A DNA stretch of 7,049 nucleotides, from IMG/VR virus record IMGVR_UViG_3300014682_000012, one strand, 5' to 3'. This document shows positions 1 to 5,911 of this stretch, in pieces. The stretch is from a virus. Lineage: Duplodnaviria > Heunggongvirae > Uroviricota > Caudoviricetes. Position 1 is the first letter of the stretch. Each line of letters starts with the position of its first letter. The position numbers and the translations under genes are program-made. The notes beneath the pieces were generated by a model that searched no databases, was not told the origin of the DNA, and saw nothing but the letters and a program-made list of their open reading frames with translations.

Positions 1-759
1 CTCAACCAGATCACTATCGAAATTCACCGAAATAAGTACGTTCTGATTCTTTTTCGGCATTCGCTCACTACAGCTTATCCAACCATCCGGAGTTACCGGA
101 GAGTTGCCCGATAGTGCATTCTGCTCCAGTGATGCTTTTACAAACCACGCTGCCTGAACTATTACGCCATGAATCCAGCGCAAATCAGCATCGCGATCGT
201 TCTTTTTCATCTTCTCGCCACTTAAAGCCTGGCTTATGTGGCTGCGTACCAGGTCTTCATGTAACTCCTTCGCATCCTCAATAGTGAAACCACCAGGCAG
301 GCGAGCCGGGGTTACATGAGGGTTGCCTTCCCTCTGACTCTGAAGCATGGCGGCGCGGCAGGCATTCCAGGCAAATAGTGCGGCTTCTTCCACTGAAGGC
401 GGAGAGTATCGCTCGATAAACGCCTGTGCATTTGACAGCCTCCACTCATGAGGCACTACCAGCGCTGGAGGGGCGGTGTAAAGCTTACGGGTCTGAACAC
501 CTGCCCCCAGGCATTTCTCTTCCTCAACAAATCCTTCAAAAGCACATTCCCCGCAATCTTCCCATTCTCCCCATTCATCATATTCCGTATCCCACAGGCG
601 GTACTGATATGCCACCGGCTCTGCTTCCAGCGATGCCAGTGCAATACGAAACACATTGGCAAGCAGGCTGTTTGAAGATTGGTTATCGTGCGCCGGGTCA
701 CTCAGGAAACCAGTGATGAATGATTTAATTTCCGCGTTTTCTCTGGTAATAGTGGTCAT
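1..759 (-). CDS. Hypothetical prophage protein, 3-prime end beyond window start (at least 253 aa); acidic Cys/Trp-rich N-terminal part, possible DUF551-like C-terminal segment
   Basis: Not in the ORF track because it runs off the edge. Plus-strand frame-1 triplets 1..759 contain no TTA/CTA/TCA, so the minus-strand frame is open from ATG (759..757) to position 1. RBS AAGAAGGGG lies about 7 nt upstream. The ATG overlaps the TGA of the upstream ORF (ATGA). Translation begins MTTITRENAEIKSF... and includes ...PDGWISCSERMPKKNQNVLISV, which resembles DUF551 from memory. Confidence 0.6.
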   Translation of the reverse strand, partial: MTTITRENAEIKSFITGFLSDPAHDNQSSNSLLANVFRIALASLEAEPVAYQYRLWDTEYDEWGEWEDCGECAFEGFVEEEKCLGAGVQTRKLYTAPPALVVPHEWRLSNAQAFIERYSPPSVEEAALFAWNACRAAMLQSQREGNPHVTPARLPGGFTIEDAKELHEDLVRSHISQALSGEKMKKNDRDADLRWIHGVIVQAAWFVKASLEQNALSGNSPVTPDGWISCSERMPKKNQNVLISVNFDSDLVE

Positions 760-989
760 GCCGTAGCCCCTTCTTGATATTTTTCAAACCAGAACACAAC
801 CGGGTCAGATTTCATTTCAACCAAACCCATACGAATCAGCGCCTTGCCTTTCCCGGAAGCAAGGAATTCACGACGACCATCACTGATAATTCGCCGATAA
901 TCTTCCAGGCTGCTGCAATGCTTGTGCAGATTGCATGGGTGGCATGCCGGAACCATGTTGGATATATCGTCACGTTCCTGGTGAAGCAT
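756..989 (-). CDS. Hypothetical Cys/His-rich small protein (about 77 aa from the first ATG after the gap); true start uncertain because of the N-gap
   Basis: Open frame from ATG at 989..987 to TGA at 758..756 (MLHQERDDISNMVPACHPCNLHKHCSS...). The stop overlaps the downstream start (ATGA), suggesting translational coupling. The track ORF 756..1028 extends through the 10-N gap, so the N-terminus cannot be resolved. Confidence 0.4.
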   Translation of the reverse strand: MLHQERDDISNMVPACHPCNLHKHCSSLEDYRRIISDGRREFLASGKGKALIRMGLVEMKSDPVVFWFEKYQEGATA

Positions 990-999
990 NNNNNNNNNN
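990..999. other. Run of 10 ambiguous bases (assembly gap or masked segment)
   Basis: Directly visible as nnnnnnnnnn at 990..999; it interrupts coding sequence on the minus strand. Confidence 0.95.
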
Positions 1000-1158
1000 G
1001 TCGTTATACAATTCAATAACTGGCTCAATTATTTTCCCGATTGCCCAGACAAAAATTAGCGGGGATATCGGTATCATCAACACGATAAACAGAATGAGAA
1101 ACAGGAATTCTGTTGTTCTACTCTTTCGTGGATATTTTTTTCTGAATAATGTGACCAT
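1000..1158 (-). CDS. Possible small membrane protein (at least 53 aa), C-terminus lost in the N-gap
   Basis: ATG at 1158..1156. Translation MVTLFRKKYPRKSRTTEFLFLILFIVLMIPISPLIFVWAIGKIIEPVIELYND has a basic N-terminus followed by a roughly 23-residue hydrophobic stretch typical of a single transmembrane helix. The frame differs from ORF 756..989, but gap length is unknown. No strong SD directly upstream. Confidence 0.3.
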
Positions 1159-1164
1159 TCATTA

Positions 1165-1213
1165 CCGCCCTTTCGGGCGGCCTCCTGATGTTCTGAGGGT
1201 GCAGAAAACCCTC
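1165..1213 (-). other. Two GC-rich stem-loops in the 133-bp intergenic region (CCGCCC-tttc-GGGCGG and GAGGGT-gcagaaa-ACCCTC)
   Basis: Perfect inverted repeats at 1165..1180 and 1195..1213. Neither is followed by a T/U run on either strand. On the minus strand an AGGAGG (1186..1181) sits immediately 5-prime of the first hairpin. Confidence 0.4.
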
Positions 1214-1291
1214 CGGTTAAGGATTTAATAAAAATCACTTCTGATTTAAATTTTCAGTGTTTTGTTGTCAGGTGGTTTATCGCCTTTATGC

Positions 1292-1597
1292 TTAAGCCTT
1301 ATTTCTCAGCCATACACAAACAGGACCATCTTCAGTGTCATGAATGGAACCAATGAACCAACCTTCACCTTCCGGGCTCTCCGGTTTCCAGGAGGCAATA
1401 TCGGGACCATCCGCGTCCAGATTAAAATCATCTTCATCCATAGTTCTGATGGTCCATTGAAGATTATTTTCCTCCATCCAGGCGTTAAACTCTTCCGTTG
1501 AAATATGTTCTCTACCATCACAGAATTTTTCATATTCAGGATGCGTCCAGCAGCCATATTCATCACGTACTACTGGTATTTCTTTAATTTCATTCAT
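1292..1597 (-). CDS. Strongly acidic hypothetical phage protein, 101 aa
   Basis: ATG at 1597..1595 with GGGAG RBS 7-8 nt upstream. The start overlaps the stop of the upstream 84-aa gene by 8 nt. About 25 Asp/Glu against about 8 Lys/Arg (net charge near -17). Sequence MNEIKEIPVVRDEYGCWTHPEYEKFCDG... has no recognisable catalytic motif. Confidence 0.7.
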   Translation of the reverse strand: MNEIKEIPVVRDEYGCWTHPEYEKFCDGREHISTEEFNAWMEENNLQWTIRTMDEDDFNLDADGPDIASWKPESPEGEGWFIGSIHDTEDGPVCVWLRNKA

Positions 1598-1844
1598 TTC
1601 TGTTCTCCCACGTTTTCAGACTTTCACCACAGAACGGGCAAAATGAAACTCGTATTGGTGATTTAGAAAATTCACCGGAACGCAACATCACCAAATCAGG
1701 TCCACGAGTTAAACTCTCATTCCAGATTTTGTATATCAGCAGACCCTTTCGCGTCGTGCATTCAGCATCATGCTCAAGAGACTTTGCCAGTGCTGCACAT
1801 GGTTCTATCTTGTTGCTATTAATTTGGCATTTTGACTCACTCAC
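1590..1844 (-). CDS. Hypothetical Cys-rich small protein, 84 aa (possible zinc-binding, C-terminal CPFCGE)
   Basis: GTG start at 1844..1842 preceded by a strong AGGAGG SD with 6-nt spacer. The start overlaps the TGA of the upstream methyltransferase-like gene (GTGAGTGA). Five Cys residues including a C-x2-C pair. Confidence 0.6.
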   Translation of the reverse strand: MSESKCQINSNKIEPCAALAKSLEHDAECTTRKGLLIYKIWNESLTRGPDLVMLRSGEFSKSPIRVSFCPFCGESLKTWENRNE

Positions 1845-2322
1845 TGGTCGCCTCCTTCACAAAAATAATCCAGTGTGTTTTATCGTTCTTGCCGGTACGC
1901 TGGCTGATAACTGGTTTCGCGTTGGTTAGTGCCAATATCTGGCTAACCGGTATTTGCGTTTCATTCCATTTAAATATCAGAACGCCATGTGGACACAACA
2001 CACGAAAGGCTTCTATAAATCCCTGTCGCAAATCATCACGCCAGGTATCTTTATTCAGCCGTCCATACTTCTTTCCCATCCAGGCGTTATCACCAACACG
2101 CTCAAGATGCGGAGGGTCGAATACAACAACCGGAAACGACGCGTCTGCAAACGGCAGCGCACGAAAATCAGCGATAATGTCAGGACTAATAATCAGTTGT
2201 CGTCCATCACATAGCGTATGTTTCTCTTTCCGGATATCGCTAAATATCGCCCGGTCGTCATTCTTATCAAACCAGAACATGCGGCTGCCGCAGCACATAT
2301 CAAGAATGGCCGGTGCGCTCAC
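1837..2322 (-). CDS. Small class-I SAM-dependent methyltransferase-like protein, 161 aa (motif I LDMCCGSR, motif IV DPPH)
   Basis: GTG start at 2322..2320 overlapping the TGA of the upstream gene (GTGA), with AGGAGGTG SD about 7 nt upstream. AILDMCCGSR near the N-terminus resembles a SAM-binding motif I, and VVVFDPPH resembles the (D/N)PP(Y/F/H) motif IV of amino-methyltransferases. Too small for a canonical DNA MTase with a target-recognition domain; substrate unknown. Confidence 0.65.
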   Translation of the reverse strand: MSAPAILDMCCGSRMFWFDKNDDRAIFSDIRKEKHTLCDGRQLIISPDIIADFRALPFADASFPVVVFDPPHLERVGDNAWMGKKYGRLNKDTWRDDLRQGFIEAFRVLCPHGVLIFKWNETQIPVSQILALTNAKPVISQRTGKNDKTHWIIFVKEATSE

Positions 2323-2741
2323 AGCATCACCTCCTGATAATTACCCTGATAGAACGCCAGCACGCGCTGCATAACCTCGCTCTTCCGGCACTCGCGACAG
2401 ATTATGTTCTGACGCCTGTCGTAGCGGCGTATTTCTCCGTCAGGTAATGACCAGATAAGGTCCGGATCAACCACAACCGGTTTCTTCAGCTTTGCCCTCG
2501 ATAATTTTTTGCGGGCATTTTGCCAGTCTTTACGAGCCTGTTCAGACGGGAATAACCCGTAGCCAGAATTGTATACATCGCCACTGGCAACCAGCTCTCT
2601 GGCGAGAACACTCATCAGATATCTTGTCGCACCTGTTTTCGCTTCCAGTTGTCGTAACGTTTCGCGCCCGCTCTGGCGCACGAGTTCAACAACCTGCCTC
2701 TTAATTTTTTCCCGCTCTTCTTGTGTAAATACTTTTGCCAC
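2319..2741 (-). CDS. Hypothetical phage protein, 140 aa, basic, immediately downstream of the replication initiator gene
   Basis: GTG start at 2741..2739 with AGGAGG SD 4-5 nt upstream. Sequence MAKVFTQEEREKIKRQVVELVRQSGRETLRQLEAKTG... has no Walker A motif, so it is not a DnaC/P-type helicase loader despite occupying that position. Confidence 0.6.
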   Translation of the reverse strand: MAKVFTQEEREKIKRQVVELVRQSGRETLRQLEAKTGATRYLMSVLARELVASGDVYNSGYGLFPSEQARKDWQNARKKLSRAKLKKPVVVDPDLIWSLPDGEIRRYDRRQNIICRECRKSEVMQRVLAFYQGNYQEVML

Positions 2742-2781
2742 AAGTCCTCCTGAAAATTACCTCATGACCTGAAATAAACAC

Positions 2782-3852
2782 TTACCCCCTGAAGCCCGGT
2801 GGAATTTCGGTATCCGGTTCAGAAATATGATTCACACAACGCTGGTTGTTCGTGCCGCTTACCGGGAGCAACCAGGGGTTTTCAAAATTCCGGTCCGGTC
2901 CAAAAAACGTCGTCGCTCGCTGAACAAATTCCGTTCCCGTTTTCCCGGTAGCCGCTAGGTATCTTGCGTAACGCCTCACACCATCCAGCATGGCCTCTGG
3001 TGGCACCCCCTCGCGTAATCTGGCCTTCCAGGCACTGAAAGCGGATTTCTTCGGGTTTGCCCCGGCACGCAACGGGTATTCCCGCCAGACCTGTTCGAAC
3101 ACATCCGGATAATCCACTCGTCCCACAGGCTGCCCGGTGTTTTCCGGGACTACCCGATCGGCTTCCCGCTGAATGGCGGAATCGGCTTCAGGCTGCTGCA
3201 GTTGGTGTGATTGCTCCGGCCTTGCGGTCATCACCTGCTGCACAGCGCCCGAATCGGCTTTCAGCGCATACGCTGAATCGGCTTCCGGTGTCGTGCCTGC
3301 TGGCTGACCAGGATTGACGGTCTGAACATCCCCTGCCTGGTTCGTGGCGTTTTTTACGCCATGGACCATAGTGTTTTGATCTTCTTGATCTGTATCTTTA
3401 TCTGTATCTTTATCTGTCGTGACTCGTCGTGACATGTGCGTGACATTTCGTGACGCGCCGTGACAATCTCCATTTTGTTCCCGCTTTCTTTCCCTCTCTC
3501 GCTGCGCCCTCTTGCGCTCTGCAGGAGATTTTGCGGTTTGCGAAATATTGCCGTTGTCCTCTTTAAGCACCTGGCGTTTTTCCCATCCAGTGATTAAATC
3601 ACCATCAAGTACCCGCCCCTGCATCGTCTGCAAAATTGAATCAATTACCTCTTCTGTCACGTCGAGCGCACTTGCCAAATCTTCTGTCGTGACATCAATG
3701 TGACCTCGCGTGACATTTCGTGACGCGCTCACCAGGAGGTGGATATACACTGCCATCACTGTTGCAATTGGCTGCCCTGACACCCTGGCAATTGTTCGCC
3801 ACTTAGGGTCATTTGGCATGTCATGCCATAATCTGAGCCAGGCGTTAGCCAT
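2782..3852 (-). CDS. Phage replication initiator-like protein (N-terminal winged-helix-like region, low-complexity acidic linker, conserved C-terminal YdaU/DUF1376-like domain)
   Basis: Long ORF (track 2782..3858 begins at GTG; ATG at 3852..3850 has a GGTG RBS). N-terminus MANAWLRLWHDMPNDPKWRTIARVSGQPIATV..., C-terminus DYPDVFEQVWREYPLRAGANPKKSAFSAWKARL...FFGPDRNFENPW. It lies after cro-like and cII-like genes as in lambdoid phages, and carries internal iteron-like repeats. Family assignment is from memory. Confidence 0.75.
   Translation of the reverse strand: MANAWLRLWHDMPNDPKWRTIARVSGQPIATVMAVYIHLLVSASRNVTRGHIDVTTEDLASALDVTEEVIDSILQTMQGRVLDGDLITGWEKRQVLKEDNGNISQTAKSPAERKRAQRERERKREQNGDCHGASRNVTHMSRRVTTDKDTDKDTDQEDQNTMVHGVKNATNQAGDVQTVNPGQPAGTTPEADSAYALKADSGAVQQVMTARPEQSHQLQQPEADSAIQREADRVVPENTGQPVGRVDYPDVFEQVWREYPLRAGANPKKSAFSAWKARLREGVPPEAMLDGVRRYARYLAATGKTGTEFVQRATTFFGPDRNFENPWLLPVSGTNNQRCVNHISEPDTEIPPGFRG
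3361..3464. repeat. Ori-like module inside the initiator gene: AT-rich segment with two GATC sites and a 12-bp tandem repeat (TCTGTATCTTTA, about 2.5 copies), followed by five CGTGAC hexamers phased at 10-11 bp
   Basis: CGTGAC begins at 3418, 3428, 3439, 3449 and 3459. GATC at 3369 and 3378. Tandem repeat at about 3380..3415. The DNA repeat encodes the TDKDTDKDTD linker. Confidence 0.6.
3656..3728. repeat. Second iteron-like array: one inverted GTCACG plus four direct (C/T)GTGAC hexamers at 10-11 bp phasing, including an exact 21-bp copy of GCGTGACATTTCGTGACGCGC also present at 3438..3458
   Basis: Hexamers begin at 3688, 3699 (TGTGAC), 3709 and 3719; inverted copy at 3656..3661. The 21-bp exact repeat is at 3708..3728 and 3438..3458, 270 bp apart. 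Confidence 0.55.
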
Positions 3853-3923
3853 ACTCACCTCTTTTGATACCGAATCTTTTTACTCACAAATTGCCGGAAG
3901 TGATCCGGTATGAATATTGCGAG

Positions 3924-4349
3924 TCAATGCACAGCCACAATATTTCCTGCAGGGCCACCACGATTCATCTGGTTGAAACCAGCGATCGCCACTGCGACAA
4001 AATCATCAGCGTCTCTCACCAGTCGTTCCCGCGTCTCCACTAGTTCCCGAAAATAGGCTGAGCTATGGCTGCGCATTCGGGCCACCAGCAGAGGTGGCAT
4101 TGCTTTTTCGATAGCTGGTAACAACGCCTGAATTTTTTTAACCGCATCAGGGGTGTCTTTCTCCACCCAGCGGAAAATTTTCTGAGTATTGCGAGCCATG
4201 GCTTCCGGATGGCTGTCGTCATACAGTTCCGGGAACGTCATTCCCAGCTCGAAATACGCTTTGGTAATTTTCGCAGCCGGTACTTTTTCGCCGTCCGGAT
4301 GCGCCCAGGCATTCATCGCCATGCGGATGTGTTCATGCTTGATTTTCAT
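3924..4349 (-). CDS. ydaT: YdaT-family protein (CII-like regulator position; historically annotated toxin YdaT), 141 aa
   Basis: ATG at 4349..4347 with GGGGG RBS 5-9 nt upstream (the track ORF starts further upstream at 4421). Begins MKIKHEHIRMAMNAWAHPDGEK..., which I recall as YdaT-like. Position immediately after the cro-like gene matches the Rac ydaS-ydaT arrangement. The start overlaps the end of the cro-like gene by 17 nt. Confidence 0.65.
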   Translation of the reverse strand: MKIKHEHIRMAMNAWAHPDGEKVPAAKITKAYFELGMTFPELYDDSHPEAMARNTQKIFRWVEKDTPDAVKKIQALLPAIEKAMPPLLVARMRSHSSAYFRELVETRERLVRDADDFVAVAIAGFNQMNRGGPAGNIVAVH

Positions 4350-4575
4350 GAATCCCCCCTTGGTTAGAAGGCGGATTATGATCAGAACCGGGAATGACAA
4401 CCGTCGGTATGTGTAACTCATATTTGAGCGCCCCGGCAGTGACTGCCTGAATTAGCAACGCCCATTTCCACGGAACCTCTTCCCCCCACATGCTGACTGT
4501 GGTTTTTGACGTTCCTAGAGCTGCGGCTGTTTTAACAACTCCGCCAAAATAGCCTAATACTTCTGATTTTTTCAT
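4333..4575 (-). CDS. Cro/YdaS-like small HTH regulator, 80 aa
   Basis: ATG at 4575..4573 with GGAG RBS 7 nt upstream (track ORF 4333..4617 has a longer, unsupported N-terminus). MKKSEVLGYFGGVVKTAAALGTSKTTVSMWG... is a helix-turn-helix signature. Divergent from the CI-like gene with a 91-bp operator/promoter region between them. Confidence 0.7.
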   Translation of the reverse strand: MKKSEVLGYFGGVVKTAAALGTSKTTVSMWGEEVPWKWALLIQAVTAGALKYELHIPTVVIPGSDHNPPSNQGGIHENQA

Positions 4576-4666
4576 GAGTCGCTCCATAAAACTGAACGCC
4601 AAAAGTTTAATAATCAAAACCGAAGAAAGTCAAGAAACAAAACCATCTGTGTTTTAAAATCAAAAC
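4576..4666. promoter_or_regulatory. Divergent immunity control region: putative PR-like promoter for cro, putative leaderless PRM-like promoter for cI, and three GTTTT/AAAAC inverted-repeat candidate operators
   Basis: Minus strand: -35 TTGACT (plus 4628..4633), 18-bp spacer, -10 TAAACT (plus 4604..4609). Plus strand: TAAAAT (4655..4660) ends 6 nt before the cI ATG at 4667, with no SD. Candidate operators AGTTTaataatcAAAAC (4604..4620), AAAACcatctgtGTTTT (4639..4655) and GTTTTaaaatcAAAAC (4651..4666) overlap these promoter elements. Confidence 0.5.
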
Positions 4667-5305
4667 ATGAGCAAGCAAACAATATCTGAACGCATAACCC
4701 AACGTATGCATGCGCTAAACCTGAAAGGCAAAGACCTTGTCAATGCCACTGGCGCATCAAAAGGCTCCGTAAGTCAATGGATGAACGGTGGAGGAGCGCC
4801 GTCCTCGCGTTACATAAGTTCACTGGCAAAGATATTGAAAGTAAACGAAAATTGGCTTCTTAATGGAGGAGAGTTAAATACAGGTGATTCGCTTGATCTA
4901 TCTTTACCGCCGATAAAAACGGTTCCGCTACTATCACTTCAGCAGGCAGCAAGCTGGAGTGATTATATGAAAAATTCCTCAATAACCTCTTGTGTGCAGC
5001 TTGTCGGAGAAATCCCGGCCAATACCTTTGCAGTTGTTCTAGAGAGTGACAGTATGTCAACATCTGGTGGGGGAGTTTCCATCCCAAATGGTTCAACAGT
5101 TTTTGTTGATCCCGATCGAACCGTACAACCAGGAAATATTGTCCTTGCCTTGCCCAAAGGGACCACAACACCTGTCATTCGTAAACTGGAGATTGAAGGG
5201 CCGGATATTCTTTTAGTCCCCACGAATCCTCGCTACCCTTCAATTATGCTGGATGATCTATCTTGCATATTGGGCGTATGCTTTAAAATTCAACAAGATA
5301 TTTAA
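4667..5305 (+). CDS. CI-like phage repressor, 212 aa: N-terminal XRE-type HTH plus C-terminal LexA/S24 peptidase-like autocleavage domain
   Basis: Complete ORF. HTH LKGKDLVNATGASKGSVSQWMNG. C-terminal domain with the Ser in VLESDSMS and the Lys in VIRKLEIEG at spacing consistent with the S24 Ser-Lys dyad. No SD before the ATG, consistent with a leaderless transcript as for lambda cI. Confidence 0.9.
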   Translation: MSKQTISERITQRMHALNLKGKDLVNATGASKGSVSQWMNGGGAPSSRYISSLAKILKVNENWLLNGGELNTGDSLDLSLPPIKTVPLLSLQQAASWSDYMKNSSITSCVQLVGEIPANTFAVVLESDSMSTSGGGVSIPNGSTVFVDPDRTVQPGNIVLALPKGTTTPVIRKLEIEGPDILLVPTNPRYPSIMLDDLSCILGVCFKIQQDI

Positions 5306-5333
5306 CCAACCTCATCTATTTGATTAACTGTAT

Positions 5334-5350
5334 GCCATCGTGGTGATGGC
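5334..5350. promoter_or_regulatory. 17-bp perfect palindrome GCCATC-gtggt-GATGGC downstream of cI and upstream of the rightward operon promoter (candidate operator or protein-binding site)
   Basis: Inverted repeat seen directly in the sequence; flanked by TTAAC at 5324 and 5351. Confidence 0.35.
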
Positions 5351-5389
5351 TTAACAGCTGCCTGCTCAAAATGTTTTGATAAAAAAACA

Positions 5390-5418
5390 TTGACCTGAAA
5401 AGTTCATTTTTCTAAACT
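5390..5418 (+). promoter_or_regulatory. Putative sigma70 promoter of the ydfABC-dicF (dicB-type) operon
   Basis: TTGACC (5390..5395), 17-bp spacer, TAAACT (5413..5418). Followed by a leader of about 180 nt before the ydfA-like start. Confidence 0.45.
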
Positions 5419-5596
5419 TCATTCATTCCCTCACCCCACCCCACAGAATGCAGGGCAATACTTCGAGTTACCAGGCAGTGGTCAGGGGTTAAGTAGCCAG
5501 CCCGAGGCGTAAGAACATGACGGCAGGGTTCAACTTTAATAACTATGCAGCAGGTTTTTGTTCCGCTACCCGGCGTTAAGGGGAAATGAGGTCAAC

Positions 5597-5752
5597 ATGG
5601 ATACTATCGATCTTGGCAACAACGAATCTCTGGTGTACGGCGTGTTTCCCAACCAGGACGGCACATTCACCGCGATGACGTATACCAAAAGCAAAACGTT
5701 TAAAACCGAAAATGGCGCCCGTCGCTGGCTGGAAAGAAACTCAGGTGAGTGA
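5597..5752 (+). CDS. ydfA: YdfA-like small prophage protein (DUF1391-type), 51 aa
   Basis: ATG at 5597 with GAGG RBS about 7 nt upstream (track ORF 5558..5752 has an unsupported N-terminal extension). MDTIDLGNNESLVYGVFPNQDGTFTAMTYTKSKTFKTENGARRWLERNSGE. Gene order ydfA-ydfB-ydfC matches the Qin dicB operon as I recall it. Confidence 0.7.
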   Translation: MDTIDLGNNESLVYGVFPNQDGTFTAMTYTKSKTFKTENGARRWLERNSGE

Positions 5753-5753
5753 T

Positions 5754-5882
5754 ATGGATTTCGACACAATCATGGAAAAGGCTTACGAAGAATACTTCGA
5801 AGGCCTTGCCGAAGGCGAAGAAGCTCTCAGCTTCAGTGAGTTTAAACAGGCGCTTTCCAGCTCGGCAAAATCTAACGGCTGA
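5754..5882 (+). CDS. ydfB: YdfB-like small protein, 42 aa (below the ORF-track size cutoff)
   Basis: ATG at 5754, one nt after the ydfA-like TGA, with AGGTGAG SD. MDFDTIMEKAYEEYFEGLAEGEEALSFSEFKQALSSSAKSNG; stop TGA 5880..5882. Confidence 0.6.
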   Translation: MDFDTIMEKAYEEYFEGLAEGEEALSFSEFKQALSSSAKSNG

Positions 5883-5911
5883 TAAGCGAAGCAGCACCGC
5901 GAGGAATCAGT

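Noticed and set aside
426-716. Overlapping plus (426..716, 448..675) and minus (456..701) ORFs
   Set aside because: All lie inside the edge-truncated minus-strand gene 1..759 in other frames or on the other strand. That gene has the uninterrupted long frame and an RBS.
1165-1213. Rho-independent terminators
   Set aside because: Neither GC hairpin is followed by a T/U tract on either strand, so I report them only as structures.
1832-2374. Plus-strand 180-aa ORF
   Set aside because: Entirely antisense to the methyltransferase-like gene and the end of the 140-aa gene, which have strong SDs and coupled starts. The translation is low-complexity, Ser/Arg-rich and has no motif; it looks like a shadow ORF.
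3417-3728. CRISPR array as an explanation for the CGTGAC repeats
   Set aside because: The repeats are 6-bp hexamers at 10-11 bp phasing inside an ORF. There are no 20-40 bp spacers and no repeat of 24-48 bp, so this is iteron-like, not CRISPR.
3057-3913. Plus-strand ORFs 3057..3317, 3512..3703 and 3710..3913
   Set aside because: Antisense to the replication initiator gene; compositionally biased translations without starts preceded by an SD.
4189-4416. Plus-strand 75-aa ORF and minus-strand 60-aa ORF (4040..4222) inside ydaT
   Set aside because: Shadow ORFs within the YdaT-family gene; no RBS.
4860-5223. Minus-strand ORFs 4860..5171 and 4963..5223
   Set aside because: Inside and antisense to the CI-like repressor gene, which has clear HTH and S24 domain signatures.
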